From contig CAWDOY010000012.1 in assembly GCA_963803975.1 (NCBI GenBank), positions 1-64,000 on the forward strand: a stretch of 64,000 nucleotides of DNA. The letters run 5' to 3'. Positions within the stretch are counted from its first letter, which is position 1; every line of letters starts with the position of its first letter. The translations under genes were made by a program, and so were the position numbers. Below the pieces are notes generated by a model. It worked only from the letters and a program-made list of their open reading frames with translations. It was not told the DNA's origin and made no database searches. This document shows positions 26,123 to 36,618 of this stretch, piece after piece. This DNA comes from an uncultured delta proteobacterium. Lineage in GTDB: Bacteria > Desulfobacterota > WTBG01 > CAIYCZ01.

Positions 26123-29100
26123 TTACTTCTTTTGGGCAATAAACCAGATTTCCTCCCGGCCCGGGGCGGCAGGTTCTTCACCGGTGATGGAAAAGCCTGC
26201 ACCCGAGATAAGCGCCCTCACCTGCTGCGCCGTGCGAAAAAACGACACAATACCGAGCACCTTGAGCCTTGTTGTTTCAATAAAGCGCTGCACCGGAGCG
26301 CGTTCATGCGAAGGAATCGTTACCCGCACAATGAGCGCCGCACCAGGGAGAAGTTTCTCGCCCAGGCGAATAAGCGTTTCGCGTGCTTCTGCATCATCAA
26401 GGTAATGGAGCATGTCAAGCATGAGCGCGCAGTCGGCCGGCTCCGGTATGTCAGGCATATCAGGCGCGCGGCCAGCCTCTACCCGGCCCCTTTTGCCAAA
26501 AACGCGCGCGGCAGTATGCGCTCTGTCTGCGTCAGGCTCAATCCCGAATACGCGTGCTTCTGGAAACAGCTCAAGCAGCCAGGCTGCCGGCACTCCATAG
26601 CCTGTACCAATATCGATAATAATCCGTGGCGCGTACAGAAAATCTGCAAGCTTCGGGAACATGGGGTCCAGCAGTATTTTGAACCGGGCAAAGAGCCGCG
26701 GGTATGCCTCCATATGACGGTAGTGCAGAAGCACGCGCTGCAGATGCCGCCGTGAGCCGGGCTCAAGTGTTTTGTGAAGAGCCTGAACAGGTGCAAACAT
26801 TTTTCTTAAAACCGGCGGCACGATGGTGACAGCGCCGATGAATGAATAGCCGATGCCCAGAGCAAGTCCCAGCCCTGCGCTTTTGAGCATGGGGTTGTCG
26901 CACACGGCAAGCACGCCGAAGCCAAGAAGCGTCGTGGCAAACGAAAGAAAGACCGACAGGCGGATAAGCCCCATTGACGAATCCTGCTCATCGCCATAGC
27001 GCTGCCAGGCCCGGATAAGGTACAGGGCATAGTCAGTGCCCATGCCGATCACGACCACGGTCACCATCAGCACCGGTATGCCCAGGGGCTGCCCCATGAT
27101 ATTCAGGGTGCCCAGCGTGCAGATAAGAGCAAAAACCGTGGGCGCTATTGCCAGCAGGGTAAGCTGCCAGTCGACAAAGTAAAGAAAGGCCACCATGACC
27201 GTAACCATACCCACAATGAGGCACATCCTGAGGAATGCCGATAGCAGGACCCCTGCGAAGCGGTCGCTGAAAAGCGTTGCGTCAAACATGCGGGCACCGG
27301 CATGCGAAGCTATCTGCCTGTAAAAATTTTCGCGATCATAGTATGGGCCAGGCTTCAGCGTCAGCACCTGCTGCCAGACTTTTTTGTCAGCATACGGCAC
27401 GACGCCGAAAATTTTTGAAACCTCCTCGGGCATGTCTCCGCAGACAGCGTCGCTGCTTCGCAGCATCGCGACAAAAGGCGCAAAAGCATCTGCGGAAAAT
27501 CCGAGCGCGCCGGAGGCATCCGCCAGAGCTCTTTCTGTTGCAGCCGCACGGGCAGGGCTCCAGAAGCGCTGCCAGGCAGCGGCATGCTCGCGCGCCGCTT
27601 CGCTGCCGGGCATGATTGCCGAAGGAAGAAGTCCGGCACGAAGCCCTCCGCGGATAGTTTCCTGCTGCAGAAGCGTCGAAAGCCGGTCAGCGCGCTCCCG
27701 CAGCTCTTCCCTGCTTCCCGCCTCGATTATGAGCTGGACACTGCCGGAGATATCGCCCCATACCTCTTTTATAAGCTGCTCGGCAGCAAGCGTCTCTCTG
27801 GTTACGGCATTGAGCGATGATAGATCGCTATGAAAGTCGGGACGCGCAAAAAAAAGCATGAGGCCGGCAAAGGCCAAAGCCACAGCTGCCTTCCCTGCGG
27901 GCCGCGATGAGGCCAGCTTGTTGACGGCAGCCTGGAGCGGCAGGTATGGCTCATGGGCGGCCGCGGGCATGATTTTAAAGATAAACGGGAAAACGGCATG
28001 GACGAAGATATAGGTGAACACAACGCCAAGCGCGGAGAACTGACCGATTTCGGCAAGAGCAGGAAATCCGCTCAGAGACAGGGCTGCAAAACCCACTGCG
28101 GTTGTGAGCATGGCAAGCAGCCCCAGCGACCAGACCTGCCGTGACGCCTCCAGCCCCCTGGTCTCGCGCGGCCGGTCAAGAAAGAGCAGATAGGCAATGC
28201 CATAGTCCACGGTAAATGAGACGATGGCGCCGCCAAACCCCACGGCCAGCAGCGTAACAGAGCGGTGAAAAAGCGAGTAGACGAAAAACGCCAGCATGGT
28301 GCCAGCGCATGCCGGCAGCAGCGCGAGAAGCCCGATAAGGGGCCGTGGGAAAGCACCAAGCAGCAGAAGCGCAACGGCGACCGTTGAAAATAAAACCGCA
28401 TTTTTCACATTGCGTTTGGCATTTTCTTCATTGTCAAGGGCAGCACGATACGAGCCGACGGGCGTCAGGGTGATCCTGTTTGAGCTTCCAAATTGCCGGT
28501 CAAGAGAAGCGGCAGTGGCGGCGATACAAGAGGTAATCCTGCGGGCAAACTCAGTGTCCGTGCCTGCGCTTGCTGGCTCGGCAAGCAGCAGGCAGTGCCT
28601 GCCATCGGCTGAAACAAGCAGGCCGTTTTCAAAGCGGGCATCCTGCACCGGCGCGAGAAAACGAAGCCGGGCAAGCACAAGGTTGCGCAGTCCCAGCGGG
28701 TCCCGGGCGATCAGCTCTGCCTGTCCGATCCCCTCCAGACCGCCCAGGCCGGAAAGAGTTGCCGCAAGATTTTCGCGAATTTTTTCTGCGGTAAGCAGGG
28801 GGGCGACAGCTGCTACAAGCTCAGCCTGGCTGAACAGCACGGGCAGATTGGCAACACTATAGGCGATAAGCCCGGGCATGAGGCTTTGCATCCGGTCGAG
28901 CCCCACCTGTTTGAAAAGCCGGCTTTTGACGAGTTCCGCCTCGGCACGTTTGGCGCACTCGGTCAGCAGGGCAGGATCCGGCCGCTCAAGGCCCACGTCG
29001 ATCACCACCCGCTCAAGCATGGGGTGATGCTGGAGAATATAGCGGGCATCGGCTAACACCGGATCGGACTGCGGCAGCGCATCCATGATATTGGTTTCAA

Positions 29101-29194
29101 ACCGCAGGCGGCTCATGCCGATGAAAAACAGCATGGCGGTGCCCGCAATGACGAGACCTGCAATCGACCAACGGAAAATATACTTTCCTGCCAT
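26123..29194 (-). CDS. MMPL-family exporter fused to a C-terminal class I methyltransferase
   Basis: RDPLGL, FTVDYGI, GMGTDYAL; C-terminal DIGTGYG and LDMLHYL. Confidence 0.85.
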   Translation of the reverse strand: MAGKYIFRWSIAGLVIAGTAMLFFIGMSRLRFETNIMDALPQSDPVLADARYILQHHPMLERVVIDVGLERPDPALLTECAKRAEAELVKSRLFKQVGLDRMQSLMPGLIAYSVANLPVLFSQAELVAAVAPLLTAEKIRENLAATLSGLGGLEGIGQAELIARDPLGLRNLVLARLRFLAPVQDARFENGLLVSADGRHCLLLAEPASAGTDTEFARRITSCIAATAASLDRQFGSSNRITLTPVGSYRAALDNEENAKRNVKNAVLFSTVAVALLLLGAFPRPLIGLLALLPACAGTMLAFFVYSLFHRSVTLLAVGFGGAIVSFTVDYGIAYLLFLDRPRETRGLEASRQVWSLGLLAMLTTAVGFAALSLSGFPALAEIGQFSALGVVFTYIFVHAVFPFIFKIMPAAAHEPYLPLQAAVNKLASSRPAGKAAVALAFAGLMLFFARPDFHSDLSSLNAVTRETLAAEQLIKEVWGDISGSVQLIIEAGSREELRERADRLSTLLQQETIRGGLRAGLLPSAIMPGSEAAREHAAAWQRFWSPARAAATERALADASGALGFSADAFAPFVAMLRSSDAVCGDMPEEVSKIFGVVPYADKKVWQQVLTLKPGPYYDRENFYRQIASHAGARMFDATLFSDRFAGVLLSAFLRMCLIVGMVTVMVAFLYFVDWQLTLLAIAPTVFALICTLGTLNIMGQPLGIPVLMVTVVVIGMGTDYALYLIRAWQRYGDEQDSSMGLIRLSVFLSFATTLLGFGVLAVCDNPMLKSAGLGLALGIGYSFIGAVTIVPPVLRKMFAPVQALHKTLEPGSRRHLQRVLLHYRHMEAYPRLFARFKILLDPMFPKLADFLYAPRIIIDIGTGYGVPAAWLLELFPEARVFGIEPDADRAHTAARVFGKRGRVEAGRAPDMPDIPEPADCALMLDMLHYLDDAEARETLIRLGEKLLPGAALIVRVTIPSHERAPVQRFIETTRLKVLGIVSFFRTAQQVRALISGAGFSITGEEPAAPGREEIWFIAQKK

Positions 29195-29200
29195 GACAGC

Positions 29201-29941
29201 CTATCTCTGCAAATGCCGACGCGGTTTCATGAAACGGATAAAGGGCGCAATAAATAATCTGCCGAAGATGAGCCGGGTAAACGTAAGTGAGTTGCGCATG
29301 AAATCGACAAACCCGCGGTAATGGGAAATGCGCTCGTTTTTCGGGGCATAGGAAACCCGTATGGGAGCCTCAAGCACCGGGATGCCGTACCAGCACGCCT
29401 TCACCAGCACCTCGACCTCGAATTGAAACCTGCGCGCCCGCACCGGCAGGTCGAGCGTTTCCGGCAGCGGGTAGAGGCGCATGCCGCTCTGCGTATCGGA
29501 AACTGCAGGGCCGCCCGCGGCGCGCACCCAGAAGTTTGAAAATTTCCTCCCGAACCTGCTTGCCCAGGGCACATGCTCGCCGTGCATGCCCTCGCGCCTG
29601 CCCGTAACAATCGGCCGCAGCCCTTCAGGCACTGCCGCTAAGAGTCTGCGTGCGTCTTCGGGCTGGTGCTGGCCATCGGCATCAAGGGTTATGGCCCAAT
29701 GAGCTGTTTGCGCTGCCGCCGCAAAGCCCGTGAGCAGTGCTGCTCCCTTGCCCCTGTTATGCGGATGCCGCAGGATGGTGATCGATGGAATGACCTTTAT
29801 CTTTTCATAGGTGCTGTCTGTCGAGCCATCGTCCACCACAAATACCGGGCAGTTCAGTTCAAGACACTGCCGCACCACAGCGGCGACTGTTTTCTCATGA
29901 TTATAGACCGGAACGATGACTGCTGCGCGCACCTGTTCCAT
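29201..29941 (-). CDS. Glycosyltransferase family 2
   Basis: IVPVYNH, VDDGSTD, NRGKGAAL, LDADGQH, DTQSG. Confidence 0.9.
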   Translation of the reverse strand: MEQVRAAVIVPVYNHEKTVAAVVRQCLELNCPVFVVDDGSTDSTYEKIKVIPSITILRHPHNRGKGAALLTGFAAAAQTAHWAITLDADGQHQPEDARRLLAAVPEGLRPIVTGRREGMHGEHVPWASRFGRKFSNFWVRAAGGPAVSDTQSGMRLYPLPETLDLPVRARRFQFEVEVLVKACWYGIPVLEAPIRVSYAPKNERISHYRGFVDFMRNSLTFTRLIFGRLFIAPFIRFMKPRRHLQR

Positions 29942-29946
29942 GAGCT

Positions 29947-31660
29947 TCACCTCACCGCAGCGGGAGCAAAGGCCACGGCCCATGTGCCCGGCCCCGTATG
30001 CACGCCCGTCGTGAGAGACAACGGCCGCACCAGCAGTTCTGTGTTTGGAAAACGGCGCTGCACGGTTGCGGCTACTTCCTCAACAAAGCTGCGGTTGTCC
30101 GTGTACTGAAAAAGTATCAGGCCATAGGCCTCAGCCGGAAAAACTTCTGCGATGCGCTCAAGGGCAAACCGCACCTGCTCAGAGCGGTTTCTGACCATGC
30201 CGACCTTTTGCGCCCCGTCTTTTTGCGGGCTTATGACCGGTTTAAACTTCAGCATATCACCAAACAATGCCCCGGTTTTTGACAGCCTGCCGCCTGCGGC
30301 AAGATAGTGCAGCTGATCGATAAATATATACTCGCGTGCAAGCTCCAAAGCTGTTCGCGCGCATGTTTCAACCTCGCCGATGCCTAGTCGCATGCCGGGC
30401 ACAGCGCGCCGCGCAGTGCACGGCAATTGCAAGCCGTCCTGATGCTGTGCCGGTGTCTATAATAGTGAAACGGTTTTCTGGATCATGTTCCTGTTTCCAG
30501 CCAAGGGCGGTCTTAAAATTTCCCGTATAGACCGAACCAACGCACAGGTACAGCACGCTTGCATGCAGTTCGAGCGCTCCGGCGTAGTGCTGTCGCCGCT
30601 CATCCAGCGATGCCTGCGCCGTGGAGCAGGGAATGCCTGCGCGCATGGCTTTATACATGTCGGCAGGCGAGCAACAGGTTTCCGGCAGGCTCGTGTCGCC
30701 CATGGTTATATAGCTGTCAAGCAGGGCTATCCCCAGCATGGCAGCATCTTCGCGGGTGACGGAGCCTGCGGCATCCGTCATGATATGGACGACAGAGGCT
30801 GAACCCGGTTCTGCAAACATCCCCGTCTGGGCCGCGAGATCATCATCGGCCCAGGCAACAATACGTCCGCTTGCGGCAAGCTCGCGTTGAGCCTTTTCAC
30901 GGTCAGGTGCATGCAGGTGCACCTTGATATACTCACCGCTGCGCATGACAACAGTGCTTTCGCCCATATGCTGAAGCTTTGCTTCGGCGCTGCCGTCACA
31001 CTTCAGCACCGCGTCGATACAGAAACCCGCGGCTGTTTCCCGGCTGAACGTGTCGGCTATGCGGAGGCATTCTTTAAAGCAGGCGCGGGCCGGAGAAAAG
31101 CACTGCTTCGTGCCGGCAAGGCAGCTGAAAAAACCGTCAAAAAAAAGATACATGCCCAGGGCTCCGGCATCGACAACATGGGCCTGCTCAAGCACCGGCT
31201 GCTGACAAACGGTGTCGGCAACCGCATGTTCAAGGGATTGAAGAAGAGCTTTCGTCCACGCGGCGTCTGCTTCGGATGGGATACAGCGGCACAGCTCAGC
31301 AAGCCGGTCAAAAAAACTCAGCATGGTGCCGGGCCGGGGCTCAGTCACCGCCCGGTATGCCGCATCTCTGCCGCGCTGCACGGTCGCGGCCCAATCCTGA
31401 AGCGATGCCATGCACGCGAACTCCTCCAGAAAGCGGGCGGCGATATTGCCTGAATTGCCGCGTGCCGCAAGCAGCAGGCTCCGGCAGAGCTCCCCGGTAT
31501 CGGCATGCTCTTTTCGCAGCGGAGCAAGGCTTATAACAAGATTGCGGCCCGTGTCGCCGTCAGCCACGGGAAAGACATTGATCCGGTCCAGAAGCTGTGA
31601 CCAGACCGTTACCGTTTCAGCGCCCGCGGCAAGGGCTTTGTAAAAACCGGGCCGTGTCAC
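29947..31660 (-). pseudogene. DAK2 (FakA-like) + DegV (FakB-like) fusion, frameshifted near 30400
   Basis: INVFPVADGDTG, ARGNSG, VDAGALG, KVHLH, MTDAAGS, STAQAS; the second frame has GGRL, LKFKPVI, GVHTGPG. Confidence 0.8.
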
Positions 31661-32079
31661 GGCATCCCCAGCGCAGCGCGTATGGCTGCGGGTATCTCGA
31701 AGAGCATGTCCCCTTCGGGCATTTGCACCGCAACCTGCTCGGTCCTGCCTTTAACGCAAACTCTGCCGTCGGCCTTGAGCCTGACTTCAAAGTCCACAAC
31801 GAGCTTTTCCTTGCAGTCTGCAACGGTGGCCCTGCAGGTGAACTCGTCGCCGTATCGAAGGGGGTAGATATGCTTGGTGGCTGTTTTGATGATAGGGAAA
31901 ACGCAATTGCTTTTTACATAAAATTCGTGCAGGTCTATGCCGACACTTCCCAGCAGGGCAGAGCGGGCGTCTTCAAAATATTTAAAATAGTTGCCGTGCC
32001 ACACTATCTGCATGGGGTCAAGCTCGTAGAAGGCCACGGTATGCTCAATCTCAAAGCTCGGATGATGCTCGCGGCTCAT
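31657..32079 (-). CDS. Acyl-CoA/ACP thioesterase (4HBT/YbgC family)
   Basis: ELDPMQIVWHGNYFKYFEDAR. Confidence 0.85.
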   Translation of the reverse strand: MSREHHPSFEIEHTVAFYELDPMQIVWHGNYFKYFEDARSALLGSVGIDLHEFYVKSNCVFPIIKTATKHIYPLRYGDEFTCRATVADCKEKLVVDFEVRLKADGRVCVKGRTEQVAVQMPEGDMLFEIPAAIRAALGMP

Positions 32080-33668
32080 GACTTTTGCACTCCTGCCAGC
32101 ACTGCAAAGAGTTCGCCGCGGCCGATAGCCTGCACCATGGCTTCAATGTCGCGGTCAAGGGGGCGGTCGCACTCAAGGCGTGGTGAAACCAGGCGTATGC
32201 TTTTCACCAGAGCCTGAAGCCGTGGGCGCTTGTGCAGATTGCCCCGCAGCTGACAGGCCTGAGCAGCGGCCAGCAGATGAATGGCAAGCACACGCTCCAC
32301 AAGCTCGCAGTTACGCCGGGCATCGCGGGCTGCAATGGTGCCCATGCTCACCTTGTCCTGATTATGGGATTCCGAGGAACGCGAGAATGAAGCGGCCGGC
32401 ATGGTATTTTTCAGGGCCTCTGCGGCAAGGGCTGAGGCGCTGATGGACATGGCCTTGAAGCCGTGATGGAAAAAATGCTCATCTCCGGCAACACCCACCA
32501 GATCTTCGGGCAGCCCGCGGTTGAACTGAGGATGCACCAGCAGCAGTATCTGCCGGTCGGCCATGTCGGCAACCGAGGCAAGGGCAGCTTTCAGGCCGTC
32601 CATGGCAAATGCGATATGGCCGCCGTAAAAATTGCCGCTCATGAGGTGTTCGCCGGTTGCAGGGTCAAATATCGGATTGTCGTTTGAGCTGTTGGTCTCG
32701 ATCTCAACCCACTGCTCAACCCATGCCAGGGCATCACACAGCACACCGGCAATCTGCGGGGTGCAGCGCACCGAATACGGGTCCTGCAGGGCATGGGGGC
32801 CGTCATCCTCCAGCGCGCGCACATCACTTTTTGCGGCAAGCAGGTGCTCGAGGCATCGGGCCACATACGCCTGCCCGCTGAATGGTTTCGCCCGGCTGAT
32901 GGCAGGATGGAAATGGCACACCTTGCCCTTGAAAGCATGAACGGTAAGGGCCGTAGCGCACAGGGCTGCATGCAGTATGGAACGGGCACGCATAACAGAC
33001 ATAACAGCAATGCCGGTCATGGTGGAAGTGCCATTGACCATGGCAAGGGGCTCCTTCGGATCAAAGACATACGGGGCTATGCCGGCTTTTTTGAGCGCCA
33101 GACGAGCGCTCATGCGCCTGCCCTTATAAAAAGCCTCCCGCTCACCTGCCATGCATGCAGCCACATAGGACATGGGCGTGAGGTCACCCGATGCTCCAAC
33201 CGATCCTTCTCCCGGCACCACGGGCGTAACACCCTTATTGAGCATATCGGCCAGCTGCTGCAGCAGCGCCACGGATACTCCCGAATAACCCGTTGCCAGG
33301 CAGAGCATGCGGCACAGCATGGCAGCACGGGTCTCTTCAATGCCTATGGGCTCGCCCGTACCGCAGCCGTGAAACGGCAGCGGGTTTGCGGTGGTGCGCA
33401 GGGCAGCATCTTTGGGCAGCCTTTTGCCGCAGGATTTGCCGAAGCCCGTATTCACGCCGTAAACTGCATCGCCCCTTTTGAGCGCCCGCTGCAGAAAAAC
33501 CTGCGAACGCGCCATGCGAGCCCGAAACAGTTTCTGTGTGCTGAGCGCTACGTGTGCGCGGCCCTGTGCAACGAGCTGAATCTGCTCGCATGACAAAAGC
33601 CCCTGCCCGACGATAACAACATTATTTTTTGTCATATAAGAATTCCTGTTCGTAAGAGTAATCGTCAT
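32076..33668 (-). CDS. MIO-dependent aromatic amino-acid ammonia-lyase (HAL/PAL/TAL family)
   Basis: VYGVNTGFG, GSVGASGDL (MIO), QDPYSVRC, NDNP, GNFYG, HNQDKVSMG. Confidence 0.9.
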   Translation of the reverse strand: MTITLTNRNSYMTKNNVVIVGQGLLSCEQIQLVAQGRAHVALSTQKLFRARMARSQVFLQRALKRGDAVYGVNTGFGKSCGKRLPKDAALRTTANPLPFHGCGTGEPIGIEETRAAMLCRMLCLATGYSGVSVALLQQLADMLNKGVTPVVPGEGSVGASGDLTPMSYVAACMAGEREAFYKGRRMSARLALKKAGIAPYVFDPKEPLAMVNGTSTMTGIAVMSVMRARSILHAALCATALTVHAFKGKVCHFHPAISRAKPFSGQAYVARCLEHLLAAKSDVRALEDDGPHALQDPYSVRCTPQIAGVLCDALAWVEQWVEIETNSSNDNPIFDPATGEHLMSGNFYGGHIAFAMDGLKAALASVADMADRQILLLVHPQFNRGLPEDLVGVAGDEHFFHHGFKAMSISASALAAEALKNTMPAASFSRSSESHNQDKVSMGTIAARDARRNCELVERVLAIHLLAAAQACQLRGNLHKRPRLQALVKSIRLVSPRLECDRPLDRDIEAMVQAIGRGELFAVLAGVQKS

Positions 33669-33690
33669 TCCGGCGGAAGCAGGAATGACG
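33663..33690. repeat. REP-like hairpin
   Basis: CGTCATTCC-GGCGGAAGCA-GGAATGACG. Confidence 0.65.
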
Positions 33691-33747
33691 GAGCAATCGA
33701 TAATTTAAACACTAAATAATCAAAACAGCAGGCCACGAATTGTTTTA

Positions 33748-33821
33748 GCCACAGAACTACACAGATTTTCACGGAAAGAGATTTTTACCTTCAGTGGTAT
33801 TCTGTTAGTTGTTCTGTGGCC
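33748..33821. repeat. Intergenic inverted repeat
   Basis: GCCACAGAAC...GTTCTGTGGC. Confidence 0.55.
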
Positions 33822-33856
33822 ATACATAAAAAGTATTTAATTCCGGTTTGTCCGGG

Positions 33857-35119
33857 TTAGGTGTTTTCCCTGCCAAACACTTTCCCCGCAAGATCGCGGC
33901 GCCGGGGAACAAAGGTGTGATCGGCTTTTTCCCGCTCCACCACTTTTTGCATGAGCTTGAACATTTTATAATTCTGCGGCTCGTCGCGGTAGAACATGTC
34001 CCAGGCATAGTAGTACAGCTCCTGCAGGCGCTCGGCCGTTATGTGCCGGGGCTGAAAGACAACCCGGTCGCAGGTGTAGTCATTCCAGTCATAGCTCGTG
34101 ATGCGTCCCTGACCGTGCATATCATCAAATGCCTGCGTGTGTGGAAACGGTGTCAGCACGGTGAACTCTGCCATATCAAGCTCTACCTCAAGCAGAAAAT
34201 CGATGAGCCGCTTGACGTAGTCCTCAGTGTGATTGTCAAGGCCAAGCAGTATGGTGCCCTCAACGGCTATGCCGTAGTCGTGATAGCGCCTGATCCTGTT
34301 CCTGATATGGTCGGATGAGTCAAAGACAGCCTGATAGACATACCAGGCCCCTGCCTTTGCAGCTGCTGCAAGAACCTCGTCGTCCTCCTCGATGGGATGG
34401 CAGCACCACTTTTTTTTAAGCCCCGCCATTTCCCGGAACAGGCCCAGTTCCCACTGCTTGTCCTGCGCAAGGGAATTGTCCACGATGAAAAGCCGGTTAT
34501 TGTCGATGCCTGCCATCTCCTCTATAACCGTATCGTAGGGGCGGGGCCTGAATTGCCGGCCGCCCAGGAAATTGACGCAGCAGGGATAGCAGTTGAAACG
34601 GCACCCGCGTGAGGCATGCACGAGATCCACCATCTGCACGCCCCGGTAATTATAGAGATCGCGGTGCAGAATGCTTCTGCGCGCCGGGCCGATGAGCTCC
34701 ATTGGCGGATACTCGGTCATATAGTCATAGCAGGGGCGCAGGCGGTTGTTTTTAAAATCCTCAAACACCGCTTCCATCCGGCCTTCGGCCTCACCCAGAA
34801 ACACCGCGTCAACATGCGCCATGGTTTCTTCTGCATGGAGCATGGCGGCAATGCCGCCGCACAGCACCTTGATGCCGCGGCTGCGGTAGTGATCGGCAAT
34901 CTGCCAGCCGCGCCTGACCTGCGCGGTGAGCATCATGGAGACACCGACAAAATCGGGGGCATCGTCAAGCTCAAGGCGCTGCACGTTTTCATCCACAAAC
35001 TCCACCTCCACATACGGCGGCAGCGTTGCGGCAAAAACCACGGGGCCATGGGGCGGCAGATAAAATTCCGTCTGCCGGTCAAGCTTTTTCCATTTCGGGT
35101 AGATGAGTTTAAATTTCAT
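33857..35119 (-). CDS. B12-binding radical SAM protein
   Basis: N-terminal B12-binding-like region; SRGCRFNCYPC; LTPFPHT. Confidence 0.85.
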   Translation of the reverse strand: MKFKLIYPKWKKLDRQTEFYLPPHGPVVFAATLPPYVEVEFVDENVQRLELDDAPDFVGVSMMLTAQVRRGWQIADHYRSRGIKVLCGGIAAMLHAEETMAHVDAVFLGEAEGRMEAVFEDFKNNRLRPCYDYMTEYPPMELIGPARRSILHRDLYNYRGVQMVDLVHASRGCRFNCYPCCVNFLGGRQFRPRPYDTVIEEMAGIDNNRLFIVDNSLAQDKQWELGLFREMAGLKKKWCCHPIEEDDEVLAAAAKAGAWYVYQAVFDSSDHIRNRIRRYHDYGIAVEGTILLGLDNHTEDYVKRLIDFLLEVELDMAEFTVLTPFPHTQAFDDMHGQGRITSYDWNDYTCDRVVFQPRHITAERLQELYYYAWDMFYRDEPQNYKMFKLMQKVVEREKADHTFVPRRRDLAGKVFGRENT

Positions 35120-35127
35120 ATGAAATG

Positions 35128-35814
35128 CTACTTCGCATCACCCGCCTTTGCAGGCTCGGCACTGATGGGGCGCAGCTGCAGGCGGTACGGCTGTGGCTGC
35201 AGCCCCTGCAAAACAACAGTGCCCGGCAAGCCGCCGGCAGCTGCTGCGCCTTGTGCGGTGCGGGTAGCACCTGATCCGTTTTTATATTCCTGCAGCTCCC
35301 AGCTATTGTCAGGATGCACGATAACATCGATTGCCATGCCGTCGGCCAGGCCGTATCTGCAGATACTTGATCCATTATTCAATATGCCGCATTGCTGCGG
35401 CTCACCCGCAGGAGGCAGCAGGAGAAACTGCACGTCACGCAACAATGCGCTCCTGAATTCGGGCCCGTCAAAAGGGGGGAGCGCCCGGTAGAGGGTGATC
35501 ACATCATTGCGTGTGGAAGCGTCAAAGAGCAGCAGCCCTTCAATAGTCATAATGGCTGCCCTGACAGCTCGCCCTCCGGGGTCGATGACCGTAATGCCTA
35601 TGAGGGTCATTTTTTTGCCATCAGGCAGCTGCGCCTCTATGGCGTTGATAAAACGAGCCGGCGCGACGGGAAACGGCAGCCTGCAGCGCTCCCGGTGTTC
35701 AGGGCCCGCAGGATTAACAGGCATTGGCCGCTGCGATGATGCGCATGCGCACAGCAGAAGCGCTGAGACAACACAGCACCATCGCACGTGTGCCTTTATT
35801 ATAGCCGGCATCAC
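35128..35814 (-). CDS. Lipoprotein (DUF3261-like, as in aryl-polyene clusters)
   Basis: Lipobox LCAC; position next to LolA. Confidence 0.55.
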   Translation of the reverse strand: MMPAIIKAHVRWCCVVSALLLCACASSQRPMPVNPAGPEHRERCRLPFPVAPARFINAIEAQLPDGKKMTLIGITVIDPGGRAVRAAIMTIEGLLLFDASTRNDVITLYRALPPFDGPEFRSALLRDVQFLLLPPAGEPQQCGILNNGSSICRYGLADGMAIDVIVHPDNSWELQEYKNGSGATRTAQGAAAAGGLPGTVVLQGLQPQPYRLQLRPISAEPAKAGDAK

Positions 35815-36470
35815 GGTTTCCTGAAGAGCCCGTCTTCAAGCCGGGCATTGATCTTCACATCGGCAAAATCAAGGGTTGTGGTATTGCCCTCGCCTTCGCG
35901 TATGATGATTGATTGAATCATGCCCGGCCGGTCAGGCGCGGGGATAATCTCAATGCCTGAGATGATCTGCCCGAGGCTGCTGTCGCGGGGCCGCAGCTGA
36001 ATCCGCGGCGCAGTACCCGCCAGCAGTTCGGCAGTAAAGCCCTGACTTTCGGTAAAACGGCCCGTGCTCCACAGCATTATCTCCTGCAGCATCACGCTTG
36101 TTGCCGCAGCGCCGATGCCCGCGTCTTCCGTCCAGCCGCTGTGCCCCTGCGTAAAACGCCTGCTTGTGCCCTGGTGCAGCAGAAGGACGCTTTTGACCGG
36201 CGCATCATAGGCCCAGCGTACGGAATCGGGCGCTTTGAAGCAGAAGGTGCCATGAGACACAAGCGGACTTGCCAGTATCTTCATGCGCTTTGTCTGCGTG
36301 AAGCGGGCGCTGATGGAGGAGACCTTTGCAGATTCCTTCCGTATGCTCTCCCAGGAGTCTGTCCAGCCGGCACAAAGAAAACCGGTGCAGAACAGCACCG
36401 CGATGAATCGTGCATGGTGCATTATATGGATTCCCTGCGGGCGCATGCAATCTCTCACTATGTTATTCAA
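35811..36470 (-). CDS. LolA-like outer-membrane lipoprotein carrier
   Basis: ISARFTQTK, SHGTF, PDSVRWAY..P. Confidence 0.8.
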   Translation of the reverse strand: MNNIVRDCMRPQGIHIMHHARFIAVLFCTGFLCAGWTDSWESIRKESAKVSSISARFTQTKRMKILASPLVSHGTFCFKAPDSVRWAYDAPVKSVLLLHQGTSRRFTQGHSGWTEDAGIGAAATSVMLQEIMLWSTGRFTESQGFTAELLAGTAPRIQLRPRDSSLGQIISGIEIIPAPDRPGMIQSIIIREGEGNTTTLDFADVKINARLEDGLFRKP

Positions 36471-36590
36471 CCTAACCCGGACTATCCAGAACCAAATTTA
36501 AACTCAATAAAAAGAAACAAAGGAATTTATATTTGGAACTCAGGAACTCATAAAGGTAAAAACAAAAAACCTGATTTCTTGAGTTCCAGA
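36471..36590. repeat. Intergenic repeat element (CCTAACCCGG.. end and GGAACTCAGGAA..TTCTTGAGTTCC inverted repeat)
   Basis: CCTAACCCGGAC is the reverse complement of GTCCGGGTTAGG at 33850-33861. Confidence 0.5.
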
Positions 36591-36618
36591 TTTTTATTTT
36601 TTCCATTTTCACCATTGC

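Noticed and set aside
32076..33668. hutH (histidase)
   Set aside because: FH selectivity motif and BGC context; no hut operon
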